DNA of 54,321 bases from an uncultured Gemmatimonadota bacterium. GTDB taxonomy: Bacteria > Gemmatimonadota > Gemmatimonadetes > Palauibacterales > Palauibacteraceae. The notes under the pieces are model-generated. The model was given only the letters and a program-made list of their open reading frames with translations. It searched no databases and was not told the origin of the DNA. Below are positions 45,521-54,321 of this stretch, in pieces. The stretch covers positions 5,614-59,934 of the forward strand of contig CAZJJO010000001.1 in the NCBI GenBank assembly GCA_964546375.1, given 5' to 3'. The first letter of the stretch is position 1; every line of letters begins with the position of its first letter. A program made the position numbers and the translations under genes.

Positions 45521-46426
45521 ATGGAGATCTTCGTCACCGGCGTCACCGGCCACGTGGGCGGCGCGGTGGCCCGCAGGCTCGCGGAAGCGGGCCACCGGGT
45601 CACCGGCCTGCTCCGGTCGGCGGGCAAGCGGGACCGCCTGGCGGACGCCGGGATCGAGCCCGTCTACGGCGACATGACCATCCCCGCCAGCTACCGGCCG
45701 GCCGCCCGGGAGCACGACGCGCTGATCCACTGCGCCTTCCGCGGGGAAGGGGACGCCGTCGGCGGCGACCGCACCGCGCTGGACGCCCTGCTCGACGCGG
45801 CCCGCCTGGGCGAGCGGCCCCGGACGGTGGTCTACACCTCGGGCTGCTGGGTGCTGGGCGACACCGGCGGCGAGGTGGCCGACGAGGACACGCCGGTGGA
45901 GGATCCCGCCGAGGTGGTGGGCTGGCGCCCCCGGCACGAGCAGATCGTCCTGGAGGCCGACGGCGAGGAGGGGCTCACCACCGCCGTCGTCCGGCCGGGC
46001 CTCGTCTACGGCGGCGCCGGCTCCCTCACCGGCCGCCTCTTCGCCACCGCCGAGCGGGAGGGAGCCGCCGAGGTGCCCGGCGACGGGGAACAGCACTGGT
46101 CGTTCGTCCATCGCGAGGACCTGGCGGATCTCTACCTGCGGGTGCTCGAGGAGGGGGCGTCCGGGATCTTCCACGGCGTGGACGGCGTGCCCGTGCCGGC
46201 CCGGGAGGCGGCGCGCGCGGCCTCGGAGGCGGCCGGCGCCGGCGGCCGGGTCCGCACCGTGGACGTCGAGGAGGCGCGCCAGGAGCTGGGGGCGATGGCC
46301 GACGCCCTCTGCCTGGACCAGCGGCTGGCCGCGCGCCGCTCGGCGGAGATCGGATGGGGGCCGGAGCGGCCCTGCTTCCCGGAGGCGGCCGAGGCGGCCT
46401 GCCGGGCCTGGCGGCAGGCACGATGA
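45521..46426 (+). CDS. NAD-dependent epimerase/dehydratase family protein
   Basis: [20 protein letters not shown] is a Rossmann GxxGxxG. ATG at 45521. This is the C-terminal part of track ORF 44930..46426. Confidence 0.85.
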   Translation: MEIFVTGVTGHVGGAVARRLAEAGHRVTGLLRSAGKRDRLADAGIEPVYGDMTIPASYRPAAREHDALIHCAFRGEGDAVGGDRTALDALLDAARLGERPRTVVYTSGCWVLGDTGGEVADEDTPVEDPAEVVGWRPRHEQIVLEADGEEGLTTAVVRPGLVYGGAGSLTGRLFATAEREGAAEVPGDGEQHWSFVHREDLADLYLRVLEEGASGIFHGVDGVPVPAREAARAASEAAGAGGRVRTVDVEEARQELGAMADALCLDQRLAARRSAEIGWGPERPCFPEAAEAACRAWRQAR

Positions 46427-47082
46427 GCGGCGCCGGCGGTCGGGCCGGGGGGGACGCGCCGGAGCGGCCCGTGCTCGGCTGGCGGGAATGGGCGCGGCTC
46501 CCGGGGCTGGGCGTGGACCGGATCAAGGTGAAGGTCGACACGGGCGCCCGCTCCTCCTCGCTCCACGCCTACGACGTCGAGCGGGTGGAGCACGACGGCG
46601 AGACCCACCTCCGCTTCCAGATCCACCCCGTCCAGCGGGACGACTCGGTGGTCGTCGAGGCCGAGGCGCCCCTGCACGAGGAGCGGAAGGTCCGCCCCTC
46701 GACGGGACGGCAGACGACCCGGCCCGTCGTCGTCACCGAGCTGGAGGTGGCGGGGCGACGGTTCTCGGTCGAGGTCACGCTGGCCAACCGCGACCGGATG
46801 GGCTTCCGGATGCTGCTGGGCCGCGAGGCCCTGGCGGGCCGCTTCCTGGTGGATCCCTCCGGCTCCTTCCTGGCCGGAGGCACCCGCCGGCGTCCGCCGG
46901 ACCGGTTCGGGGCGTCGGGAGAGGGGGACGACGGCGGGCCGGCACGGCCGGCCGACGCGAAGGACGCCGGGGGACCGGGACGCGGCGGCGCCCGGCGCGA
47001 CCCCACCGATCCGCCGCGCCAGGCGCCGGGAGCGGAGGGCGAGGGGGGAGGCGGCCCCGACGAGCCGGGAGGGGAAGGGTGA
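46423..47082 (+). CDS. RimB-like retropepsin-fold protease (COG4067, 'ATP-dependent zinc protease') with low-complexity tail
   Basis: ATG at 46423 overlaps the upstream stop (ATGA). [32 protein letters not shown]...[16 protein letters not shown]. It lies directly upstream of rimK, as in rimB-rimK arrangements. Confidence 0.8.
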   Translation: MSGAGGRAGGDAPERPVLGWREWARLPGLGVDRIKVKVDTGARSSSLHAYDVERVEHDGETHLRFQIHPVQRDDSVVVEAEAPLHEERKVRPSTGRQTTRPVVVTELEVAGRRFSVEVTLANRDRMGFRMLLGREALAGRFLVDPSGSFLAGGTRRRPPDRFGASGEGDDGGPARPADAKDAGGPGRGGARRDPTDPPRQAPGAEGEGGGGPDEPGGEG

Positions 47083-47984
47083 AGCTCGGCATCCTGTCTC
47101 GGAAGGCCTCGCTCTACTCCACCCGCCGCCTGCGCGAGGCGGCCCGCGAGCGGGGGCACGAGGCCCGCGTCGTCAACTACCTCCGCTGCACGATGAACAT
47201 CACGGCCCGCCGTCCGGCGGTGGTCCTGGGCGAGGAGCGGCTGGCCTTCGACGCGGTCGTCCCCCGGATCGGGGCCTCCGCCACCTTCTACGGCACGGCC
47301 GTGGTCCGCCAGTTCGAGATGACCGGCACCTTCACGGCCAACGAGTCCCAGGCCGTCGCCCGGTCCCGCGACAAGCTCCGCGCCCTGCAGCTCCTCTCGC
47401 GGGAGGGGATCGACCTCCCGGTGACCGGCTTCGCGCACTCGGTGAAGGACACCGCGGCCCTGCTGGACCTGGTGGGCGGGCCGCCGGTGGTGGTGAAGCT
47501 GCTGGAGGGGACGCAGGGCCGGGGGGTCATCCTGGCGGAGACGCGGAAGGCCGCCGAGTCGGTGATCGACGCCTTCCGGCAGCTCGACGCCAACATCCTG
47601 GTGCAGGAGTTCGTGGCCGACGCGGGCGGCGAGGACCTCCGCGTCTTCGTCGTCGACGGGGAGGTGGTCGCCGCCATGGTCCGCCGCGCGGCCCCCGGCG
47701 AGTTCCGGGCCAACCTCCACCTGGGAGGCACCGCCGAGGAGGCGGAGCTGAGCGACGAGGAGCGGGAGATCTCCGTCCAGGCCGCCGAGTGCCTGGGGCT
47801 CGGGGTCTGCGGCGTGGACCTGTTGCGCTCGGGCCGCGGGCCGCTGGTCCTCGAGGTCAACTCGTCGCCGGGGCTGGAGGGGATCGAGTCGGCCACCGGC
47901 GTCGACGTCGCCGGCGCCGTGGTGGCCTACGTCGAGCGGGCCGTGGAGGCCGGCGCCTCGCCGCGGGGGCGCGGAGCGGGCTGA
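47079..47984 (+). CDS. rimK: RimK family alpha-L-glutamate ligase
   Basis: GTG at 47079 overlaps the upstream stop (GTGA). VKLGILSR...[11 protein letters not shown]...[14 protein letters not shown]...LVQEF...DLRVFVV...NLHLGG...GVDLL...[14 protein letters not shown]. Confidence 0.92.
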   Translation: MKLGILSRKASLYSTRRLREAARERGHEARVVNYLRCTMNITARRPAVVLGEERLAFDAVVPRIGASATFYGTAVVRQFEMTGTFTANESQAVARSRDKLRALQLLSREGIDLPVTGFAHSVKDTAALLDLVGGPPVVVKLLEGTQGRGVILAETRKAAESVIDAFRQLDANILVQEFVADAGGEDLRVFVVDGEVVAAMVRRAAPGEFRANLHLGGTAEEAELSDEEREISVQAAECLGLGVCGVDLLRSGRGPLVLEVNSSPGLEGIESATGVDVAGAVVAYVERAVEAGASPRGRGAG

Positions 47985-48126
47985 GGGCCGGCGCGGCCGG
48001 CCGGTCCGTCGGGGCCGTCCGACCCCCGAACCCGCGGTCGGGCGGCCGGTATGATAGGTGCTGCGATCCGCGTGAGGGGCGGCCGGCGGGTCCGCCGGCC
48101 GCCGCCACGGGCCGGAGCCGCCGACG

Positions 48127-48155
48127 ACATCGACACGATCGGAACATCGACACGA
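48127..48155 (+). promoter_or_regulatory. 12-bp direct repeat ACATCGACACGA x2 in the aconitase leader
   Basis: Copies lie at 48127..48138 and 48144..48155, 17 bp start to start, ending 16 nt before the GTG at 48172. A TATGAT -10-like hexamer lies at 48050..48055. Confidence 0.3.
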
Positions 48156-48171
48156 CCGGAAGGGAGTCGCC

Positions 48172-50145
48172 GTGGGTCAGAACGTCGCCGAGAAGCTGAT
48201 CTCCTCCCACCTGGTGGAGGGTGAGATGGTCCCGGGCGAGGAGATCGCCGTCGAGGTGGACCAGACCCTCACCCAGGACGCCACCGGGACCCTGGTGATG
48301 CTGGAGCTGGAGGCCATGGAGCTGGACCGGGTGAAGACCGAGCTGTCGGCGCAGTACGTCGACCACAACCTGATCCAGGAGGACAACAAGAACCCCGACG
48401 ACCACTTCTTCCTCCAGAGCGCCTGCAAGCGCTTCGGCGTCTGGTACAGCCGGCCCGGCAACGGCGTCAGCCATCCGGTCCACCAGGAGCGCTTCGGCGT
48501 GCCGGGCAAGACGATGGTGGGCTCCGACAGCCACACCCCCGCGGCCGGCGCCATCGGGATGCTGGCGATCGGCTCGGGCGGCATGGACATCGCCATGGCC
48601 ATGGCCGGGGAGCCCTACCACTTCAAGATGCCCGAGATCTGGGGCGTCGAGCTGACCGGCGAGCTGCCCGACTGGGTCAGCGCCAAGGACGTCATCCTCG
48701 AGATGCTCCGGCGCCACGACGTCGACGGCGCCGTGAACCGGATCATCGAGTACTACGGCCCCGGCCTCGACTCGCTCTCGGCCATGGACCGGCACGTCAT
48801 CGCCAACATGGGCACCGAGCTGGGGGCCACCACCACCGTCTTCCCCTCGGACGACGAGGTGCGGCGGTTCCTGCGGGCCCAGGACCGGGAGGAGGACTGG
48901 AGCCGGATCGAGGCCGACCCGGACGCCGGCTACGACGTCCACGAGCAGATCGACCTCTCGGAGGTGGAGCCGCTCATCGCGCTCCCCTCGAGCCCGGGCA
49001 ACGTGGTGCCGGTGACCGAGGTGGCCGGGAAGCCCCTGTCGCAGGCCTACATCGGCTCCTCGGCGAACCCCGGCTACCGGGACTTCGCCGTCCCCGCCGA
49101 GATGGTGAAGGGCCGGCAGGTGGACGAGGGCGTGAGCTTCGACGTCAACCCGACCTCGCGGCAGATCCTCGAGAACCTGGACCGCGACGACCACCTGCTC
49201 AGCCTCATCCACTCCGGGGCCCGCATCCACCAGGCCGGCTGCAACGGCTGCATCGGGATGGGCCAGGCGCCGGCCACCGACACCAACAGCCTGCGCACCG
49301 TGCCCCGGAACTTCCCGGACCGCTCGGGGACCGAGGAGGACCGGGTCTTCCTCTGCAGCCCGGAGACGGCCACCGCCTCGGCGCTGACCGGCGAGATCAC
49401 CGACCCCCGGGAGATGGAGGAGCGGTTCGGGATGAGCTATCCGCGGATCGAGGACCCCGACGACCCCATCGTCAACACCGAGTCGCTCACGCCGCCCCCG
49501 CCGCCCGAGGCGTCGCGGAAGGTGGAGCTCCGCAAGGGACCCAACGTCTCCAGCGTGCCGACGATCGAGCCCATGCCCGACGTGCTGGAGGTGCCGGTCA
49601 ACTTCGTGGCCGAGGACGACATCTCCACCGACGAGATCCTCCGGGCCGGGACCGACGTGCTGCCCTACCGGAGCAACATCCCGGAGATCGCCAAGTTCTC
49701 CTTCGACGTGGTCGATCCGGACTACTACGACAAGGCGATGGACGTCCGCGACGAGGGCGGCCACGCCGTGGTGGGCGGGAAGAACTACGGCCAGGGCTCG
49801 AGCCGCGAGCACGCCGCCCTGGCGCCCCGGTACCTGGGGCTCCGCCTGGTGGTGGCGAGGGACTACGCCCGCATCCACTGGCAGAACCTGGTCAACTTCT
49901 CGGTCCTGCCGCTGACCTTCGAGGACGAAGCCGACTACGGCCGCGTCGAGGAGGGCGACGTCCTGCGGGTCACCGACATCCACGACACGCTCCGGAACGG
50001 CGACGGCACGGTGGAGGTCGAGAACACCACGAAGGGCGAGAGCTACGCCTGCCGCCACGACCTCTCCGACCGCCAGGTGGAGGTGCTGCTGAAGGGCGGC
50101 CAGATCGAGTGGATGAAGGAGCGGCTCGGGAACGGCGGCCGGTGA
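48172..50145 (+). CDS. aconitate hydratase family protein (~650-aa type)
   Basis: ...VDQTLTQDATG...GSDSHTPAAGA... and the Fe-S ligand region ...HQAGCNGCIGMGQAP...RNFPDRSG. The swivel domain has GKNYGQGSSREHAA. GTG at 48172 is preceded by GGAAGGGAG. Confidence 0.9.
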   Translation: MGQNVAEKLISSHLVEGEMVPGEEIAVEVDQTLTQDATGTLVMLELEAMELDRVKTELSAQYVDHNLIQEDNKNPDDHFFLQSACKRFGVWYSRPGNGVSHPVHQERFGVPGKTMVGSDSHTPAAGAIGMLAIGSGGMDIAMAMAGEPYHFKMPEIWGVELTGELPDWVSAKDVILEMLRRHDVDGAVNRIIEYYGPGLDSLSAMDRHVIANMGTELGATTTVFPSDDEVRRFLRAQDREEDWSRIEADPDAGYDVHEQIDLSEVEPLIALPSSPGNVVPVTEVAGKPLSQAYIGSSANPGYRDFAVPAEMVKGRQVDEGVSFDVNPTSRQILENLDRDDHLLSLIHSGARIHQAGCNGCIGMGQAPATDTNSLRTVPRNFPDRSGTEEDRVFLCSPETATASALTGEITDPREMEERFGMSYPRIEDPDDPIVNTESLTPPPPPEASRKVELRKGPNVSSVPTIEPMPDVLEVPVNFVAEDDISTDEILRAGTDVLPYRSNIPEIAKFSFDVVDPDYYDKAMDVRDEGGHAVVGGKNYGQGSSREHAALAPRYLGLRLVVARDYARIHWQNLVNFSVLPLTFEDEADYGRVEEGDVLRVTDIHDTLRNGDGTVEVENTTKGESYACRHDLSDRQVEVLLKGGQIEWMKERLGNGGR

Positions 50146-50242
50146 GCCCCGCCGCCCCGGGCGGCGTCCCCGGTCGCCCGGGACCGGCACCGGGCGCGGG
50201 CCGGCGGACGCCCGGAAGGGCGGTCCGCGGATCGTCGTCCGG

Positions 50243-51085
50243 TCAGTCCTCCCCGACCAGGAGCACGGGACAGCCCGCCGAGCGCAGCAGCCGGCCCAGC
50301 TCCTCCCCCTCCTCGCGGAAGGGCGGCCTCGGGGCCACCAGCACGCCCCCGTCCACCTCGGCCAGGGCGGCGCAGATCCCGGTGACGCTGGCGCCGGGCA
50401 GGTGCCGGTAGGCGGCCGAGAGCCCGGCCTCGGCCAGGCGCTCCTCCGCGCGGTCGCGCAGCTCGCGGGCCGCTCCCGCATCCGCCGCCGTGAGCAGGAC
50501 GGTGAGCCGGGCGTCGTCCCGGCCGGCCAGGGCGGCGCCGGTGCGGACGGCCTCCCAGCCCGCCTCCGAGCCGTCGTGCATCACCTGCACCGACCGGCCG
50601 AGGTGGGTCCCCTGGCGGAGGACCAGGACGGGGCGGCCGAGGGTGCGCACCAGCTCGCGGACGGTGGTCCCGGGCGCCCGCCACGGGGACCGGCCGGTGG
50701 CGCCCAGCGCGACCAGGTCGGCCTCCTCGGCGGCCGCGGCCAGCTCCCGCGAGGGCCGGCCGCGCAGGGTCCGGAACGTCCACGAGACCCGGGCCCGGTC
50801 GGCGGCCGCCTCCAGGGCCTCGCGGGCCCGCCGGGCCTGGGCCCGGATCTCCCGCGCCAGCTCGTCGGGATCGAGCTCGCGGGGCTCGCCGCCGAAGAGC
50901 GTCACCTCCCGGCTGGACGGGAGCTGGCCGGCCCGCAGGAGGTCGGACTCCTCGACGAAGACGCCGGTGACCTCGGCGCGGAGATCGGCGGCGAGCTGGA
51001 CGGCCGCCTCCAGCCCGGCCAGGCTGTCGGCCGAGGCGTCCAGCGCCACCAGGATGCGGCGGATCCGGCGGGGCTCGGCGCTCAC
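50243..51085 (-). CDS. tandem universal stress protein domain protein
   Basis: IRRILVALDASADSLAGLEAAVQLA...PVLVL, then a second unit ...VMHDGSEAG...CPVLLV. GTG at 51085 overlaps the Lon-like stop (GTGA). Confidence 0.85.
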   Translation of the reverse strand: MSAEPRRIRRILVALDASADSLAGLEAAVQLAADLRAEVTGVFVEESDLLRAGQLPSSREVTLFGGEPRELDPDELAREIRAQARRAREALEAAADRARVSWTFRTLRGRPSRELAAAAEEADLVALGATGRSPWRAPGTTVRELVRTLGRPVLVLRQGTHLGRSVQVMHDGSEAGWEAVRTGAALAGRDDARLTVLLTAADAGAARELRDRAEERLAEAGLSAAYRHLPGASVTGICAALAEVDGGVLVAPRPPFREEGEELGRLLRSAGCPVLLVGED

Positions 51086-53523
51086 GGGCCCGATCCCTCC
51101 TCGCCCGGTCCGCCGTCGGCGGCGAACGCGCGCCGTCGCTCGGCCAGCTCCGCCAGCCGCGCCTCCACCCGGGCGTTGAAGCTCCCCTCGGGGAACGTCC
51201 CGTCCTCCCGGCGCTCGCCCACCTCCGTCCCGGTGAGCACCGCCAGCCCCTGGTCGACGTGCTCGACCGCCCAGACGTGGAAGTCGCCGTCGGCCACCGC
51301 CTCGCGCACGTCCTCCCGCAGCATCAGGTGATCGACGTTGGCGGCCGGGATCAGCACCCCCTGCTCGCCGGTGAGGCCCCGGTCGCGGCAGACGTCGAAG
51401 AAGCCCTCGACCTTCTCGTTGACGCCGCCGATGGGCTGGATCTCGCCGTGCTGGTTCACCGAGCCCGTCACGGCCACGTCCTGCCGGAGCGGCGCTTCGG
51501 CGATGGCCGACAGGAGGGCGTACAGCTCGGCCGAGGAGGCGCTGTCCCCCTCGATGCCGCCGTAGGACTGCTCGAAGACCAGGCTGGCCGAGAGGGACAG
51601 CGGCCGGTCGGACGCGTAGCGGGATCCCAGGAAGCCCTGCAGGATCAGGACGCCCTTCGAGTGGATGGGTCCGCCCAGCTCCACCTCCCGCTCGATGTCG
51701 ACCACCTCGCCGCCGCCCAGCCGAACGCGGGCCGTGATGCGGTTGGGCCGCCCGAAGGACTGGTCGCCGAGCTGCAGCACCGACAGGCCGTTGATCTGGC
51801 CGACCTCCCGGCCCTCGGTGTCGATGAGGATCGTCCCGCGCTCGATCTCCTCGCGGGTCCGCTCCCGGAGCCGGTCGGACCGATGGATCCGCTCGTCGAC
51901 GGCCTGCTGGACGTGCTCGGCCCGCACCACCTCGGCCCCGTCCTCGCCGGCCCAGAAGTCGGCCTCCCGGACCAGGTCCAGCACGCCGCGGCTCCGGACG
52001 GCCAGCTTGCGGCCGTCGCCCACCATCCTGGCTCCGCGCTCCACCACCCGGCCGACCGCCTCCCGGTGGAAGGGGCGCAGGCCCTCCTCGCGGACCAGGC
52101 CGCCCACCAGTCGGGCGTAGAGCGCCTCGTTCTCGGGGGTCCGGTCCAGGCGGTCGTCGAAGTCCGCCTGCACCTTGAAGAGGTCGCCGAAGTCCGGGTC
52201 GAACTGGGAGAGGAGGTAGTAGACCAGCCGGTCGCCCAGGAGGACCACCTTCACGTCCAGGTCCACGGGCTCGGGCTCCAGCGAGACGGTGCTCATCAGC
52301 CCCAGGGCCTCGCGGGGCGACTCGATCCGGATCTCCCCGGCCTGGAGCGCCCGCTTCAGGCCCTCCCAGGCGAAGGGCTGGAGCAGCACCCGGTGGGCGT
52401 CCAGCAGGAGGTAGCCCCCGTCGGCCCGGTGGAGCGCGCCGGGCTTGATCAGGTTGAAGTCGGTGACCAGCGCGCCCATCTGGGGCAGGTGCTCGACCCG
52501 CCCCACCAGGTTCTGGTAGGTGGGGTTGTCCTCGTACACCACCGGCGCGTGCTCGTCCTCGCCGTGATCCACCAGCACGTTCACCCGGTAGCGGCGGAGC
52601 TGGGGCTCCTCGGCCACCCGGCTGATCGGGCCCCCCACCCCGCCGGCCGGCGCCCGCCCGTCGCCGTCGTCGCCCAGGAAGTCGCGCACGTTCTCGACCA
52701 CGTGCTCCTGGACGTCGTTGAGGTGCTTCCGGATCTGCGGGTGGTCGGCGTACTCGTTCCGCAGCTCCTGGAGCAGGTCCCGGAGCGCGTAGCGGGCCAC
52801 CTCGCGGTTCAGCTCGCGCAGCCGCTTCCGGGCGCGGCGCTGCTGGCCCGGCACCTGGCGGAGGATGCGCTGGAGCTCCTCCTGCAGCTCCTCGATGGCC
52901 GACTCCAGCCGCTGGCGCTTCTCCTCGTCGTAGCTCTCCAGCCGGTCGGGCGAGACGACCTCGTCGTCCTCGATGGGGGCGAACACGAAGCCCGAGGGGG
53001 TCCGGACCAGGGCCAGGCCGCGCTCGCGGGCCTCCTCCTGGAGCCGCTCGAAGGCCTCCTGGTGCTCCTCGCCCACCTCCTCCTGGACCGCCTGCCGGCG
53101 CGTCTGGTACTCCTCGCTCTCGAAGGCCGCCGTGAGCGCGGGGCGCAGCTCCTCGAGCACCCGGTCCATGTCCCGCGACCAGGCGGCGCCCACGCCCGGC
53201 GGCAGCCGCAGCAGGGTCGGACGGTGCGGCTCGTCGAAGTTGTTGACGTAGCAGACGTCGGCCGGGACCTCGTCCTCCCCGGCGCGCTCCTCCACCAGGT
53301 GCCGGACCAGGGTCCGTCGGTCGGTGTCCTCCCGCCCCAGGGCGAAGATGTTGAACCCGTCCCCGCGGACCCCGATGCCGAACCGGACGGCCCGGGCGGC
53401 CCGGGCCTGGCCGACGATGTCGGTGACGTCCTCCAGGTCCTCGGTGGTCTCGAACGAGAAGGCGTCCGGATCGGCGGCCCGGTAGAGGCGGTCCGGCTCC
53501 AGCGGGGAAGGGGCGTCGGACAC
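51082..53523 (-). CDS. Lon-like protease with degenerate AAA module (LonC-like)
   Basis: The C-terminal Lon protease domain has GDSASSAELYALLSA (Ser) and PIGGVNEKVEGF (Lys). The position expected for Walker A reads NIFALGREDTDRRTLV. GTG at 53523 is preceded by AAAGGAG. Confidence 0.88.
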   Translation of the reverse strand: MSDAPSPLEPDRLYRAADPDAFSFETTEDLEDVTDIVGQARAARAVRFGIGVRGDGFNIFALGREDTDRRTLVRHLVEERAGEDEVPADVCYVNNFDEPHRPTLLRLPPGVGAAWSRDMDRVLEELRPALTAAFESEEYQTRRQAVQEEVGEEHQEAFERLQEEARERGLALVRTPSGFVFAPIEDDEVVSPDRLESYDEEKRQRLESAIEELQEELQRILRQVPGQQRRARKRLRELNREVARYALRDLLQELRNEYADHPQIRKHLNDVQEHVVENVRDFLGDDGDGRAPAGGVGGPISRVAEEPQLRRYRVNVLVDHGEDEHAPVVYEDNPTYQNLVGRVEHLPQMGALVTDFNLIKPGALHRADGGYLLLDAHRVLLQPFAWEGLKRALQAGEIRIESPREALGLMSTVSLEPEPVDLDVKVVLLGDRLVYYLLSQFDPDFGDLFKVQADFDDRLDRTPENEALYARLVGGLVREEGLRPFHREAVGRVVERGARMVGDGRKLAVRSRGVLDLVREADFWAGEDGAEVVRAEHVQQAVDERIHRSDRLRERTREEIERGTILIDTEGREVGQINGLSVLQLGDQSFGRPNRITARVRLGGGEVVDIEREVELGGPIHSKGVLILQGFLGSRYASDRPLSLSASLVFEQSYGGIEGDSASSAELYALLSAIAEAPLRQDVAVTGSVNQHGEIQPIGGVNEKVEGFFDVCRDRGLTGEQGVLIPAANVDHLMLREDVREAVADGDFHVWAVEHVDQGLAVLTGTEVGERREDGTFPEGSFNARVEARLAELAERRRAFAADGGPGEEGSGP

Positions 53524-53665
53524 GGTGCCGCTCCTTTCGGTCAGGTGCGCGTCTCGGCCATCATCGGGCTGGAAGAAGCGTTCCGCGGGCGGCCCCTCGT
53601 CGACGGGGGAGAGGGCGCGGCCGCGGGCGGGCGAGCGGATCCGGGAGGCCGGGCGGAGGTCCGAG

Positions 53666-54321
53666 GTGATCGACGAGCGCCGCGACGGGAGCCGGGACGG
53701 GGGAGGGCCGTCCGCCGTGGAGGGGGCGGCGGTCCTCCTGGTGGCCGCCCTGGGGGCCTGGCTGCGGTGGCGGCTGATCGACCAGCCGATCCGCTACGAC
53801 GAGGCGGTCACCTGGCTCCGCTACGTCTCCGAGCCCCTGTCGGCCGGCCTCTCGCGGTACGACCTGCCCAACAACCACGTCTTCCACACCCTGCTGGCCC
53901 ACCTCTCCACCGACCTGCTCGGCGACGGCCCCCGGGCGCTCCGGCTGCCGGCCTGGCTGGCGGGGACGGCGCTGGTGCCGGCCACGTGGTGGCTCGGCCG
54001 GGCGACGGCGGGCCCGGGGGCCGCCCTGGTGTCCGCGGCGGCGACGGCGGTCTCGCCGGCCCTGGTCCTCTTCTCGACCAACGCCCGGGGCTACGGGCTG
54101 GTGGTGCTGGCCTTCGTGGTGCTCGCGCGGCTGGCGGCGGACCTGCGGCGCCGCCGGTCGGCGGCGCGGCTCGCCGCCTTCGCCGTCGTGGCGGCGCTGG
54201 CGGGCTGGACGATGCCCGCCGCCCTCTATCCCGCGGTCGCCGTCGCGGCGTGGCTGGCGGCCCCGGCGGCGCCGGGCGAGCGGGTCCGGCCGCTCCGGGA
54301 GCGCCTGTGCTCGCTGGCCGC
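53666..54321 (+). CDS. glycosyltransferase family 39 / ArnT-PMT-like membrane protein (3' end runs off the window)
   Basis: Not in the ORF track because it has no stop in the window. My translation reads ...LLVAALGAWLRWRLIDQPIRYDEAVTWLRYV...NNHVFHTLLAHL... followed by multiple TM helices. GTG at 53666 follows GGAGG, with GTG at 53717 as an alternative. Confidence 0.75.
   Translation, partial: MIDERRDGSRDGGGPSAVEGAAVLLVAALGAWLRWRLIDQPIRYDEAVTWLRYVSEPLSAGLSRYDLPNNHVFHTLLAHLSTDLLGDGPRALRLPAWLAGTALVPATWWLGRATAGPGAALVSAAATAVSPALVLFSTNARGYGLVVLAFVVLARLAADLRRRRSAARLAAFAVVAALAGWTMPAALYPAVAVAAWLAAPAAPGERVRPLRERLCSLA

Noticed and set aside
47857-50481. 874-aa minus-strand ORF opposite the aconitase gene, and 43493..46174 (893 aa) opposite sfsA and the epimerase
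   Set aside because: Both are antisense artefacts of high GC. The sense-strand products match well-known families end to end.
1-54321. Mobile elements, defence islands, CRISPR arrays, rRNA
   Set aside because: I saw no transposase, integrase or recombinase-like ORFs, no terminal inverted repeats flanking a compositional island, no repeat-spacer arrays and no rRNA-like low-GC conserved blocks. Composition looks uniform by eye across the window.

Overview
High-GC window (roughly 70-75% GC by eye, not computed), densely coding, from a bacterial chromosome. The lineage cannot be assigned from the sequence alone. It uses Shine-Dalgarno sites (GGAGG/GGGAGG), many lipobox lipoproteins and frequent 4-nt ATGA/GTGA gene overlaps. 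I support 45 protein-coding features, both window ends being partial genes. I found no rRNA, tRNA, CRISPR array, transposase, integrase or prophage signature. Most long ORFs in the six-frame track are high-GC artefacts: antisense or out-of-frame, Arg/Pro/Gly-rich, or read-through fusions of real genes. I therefore trimmed real genes to starts supported by an RBS, homology-like N-termini or translational coupling, and start coordinates are the least certain part. Content is mostly housekeeping and accessory metabolism and repair: GAF-GGDEF cyclase, AhpE-like peroxiredoxin, LemA/DUF2207 pair, HDAC-like deacetylase, a GMC oxidoreductase/small-subunit/ThDP-enzyme operon, PhzF, a Upf1-like helicase-hydrolase-Ogt operon, an AddAB-like pair, DagK, Lgt, LOG, amidohydrolase, MscS, cyclophilin, RimB-like protease and RimK, aconitase, tandem USP and a Lon-like protease. 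The most interesting signals are a selenium theme. (1) An OsmC-family gene is interrupted by a single in-frame TGA exactly at the conserved peroxidatic Cys position, with a SECIS-like hairpin downstream, making it a candidate selenoprotein. (2) An EgtB/SenA-like gene is followed by a SenB-type glycosyltransferase (selenoneine pathway) without an adjacent selD/senC. Other observations: three genes whose conserved N-termini lie upstream of any canonical start codon (two at CTGA stop/start overlaps); a Lon-like protease with a destroyed Walker A, coupled to a tandem USP; an AT-rich 26-bp perfect palindrome; and a 12-bp direct repeat in the aconitase leader.
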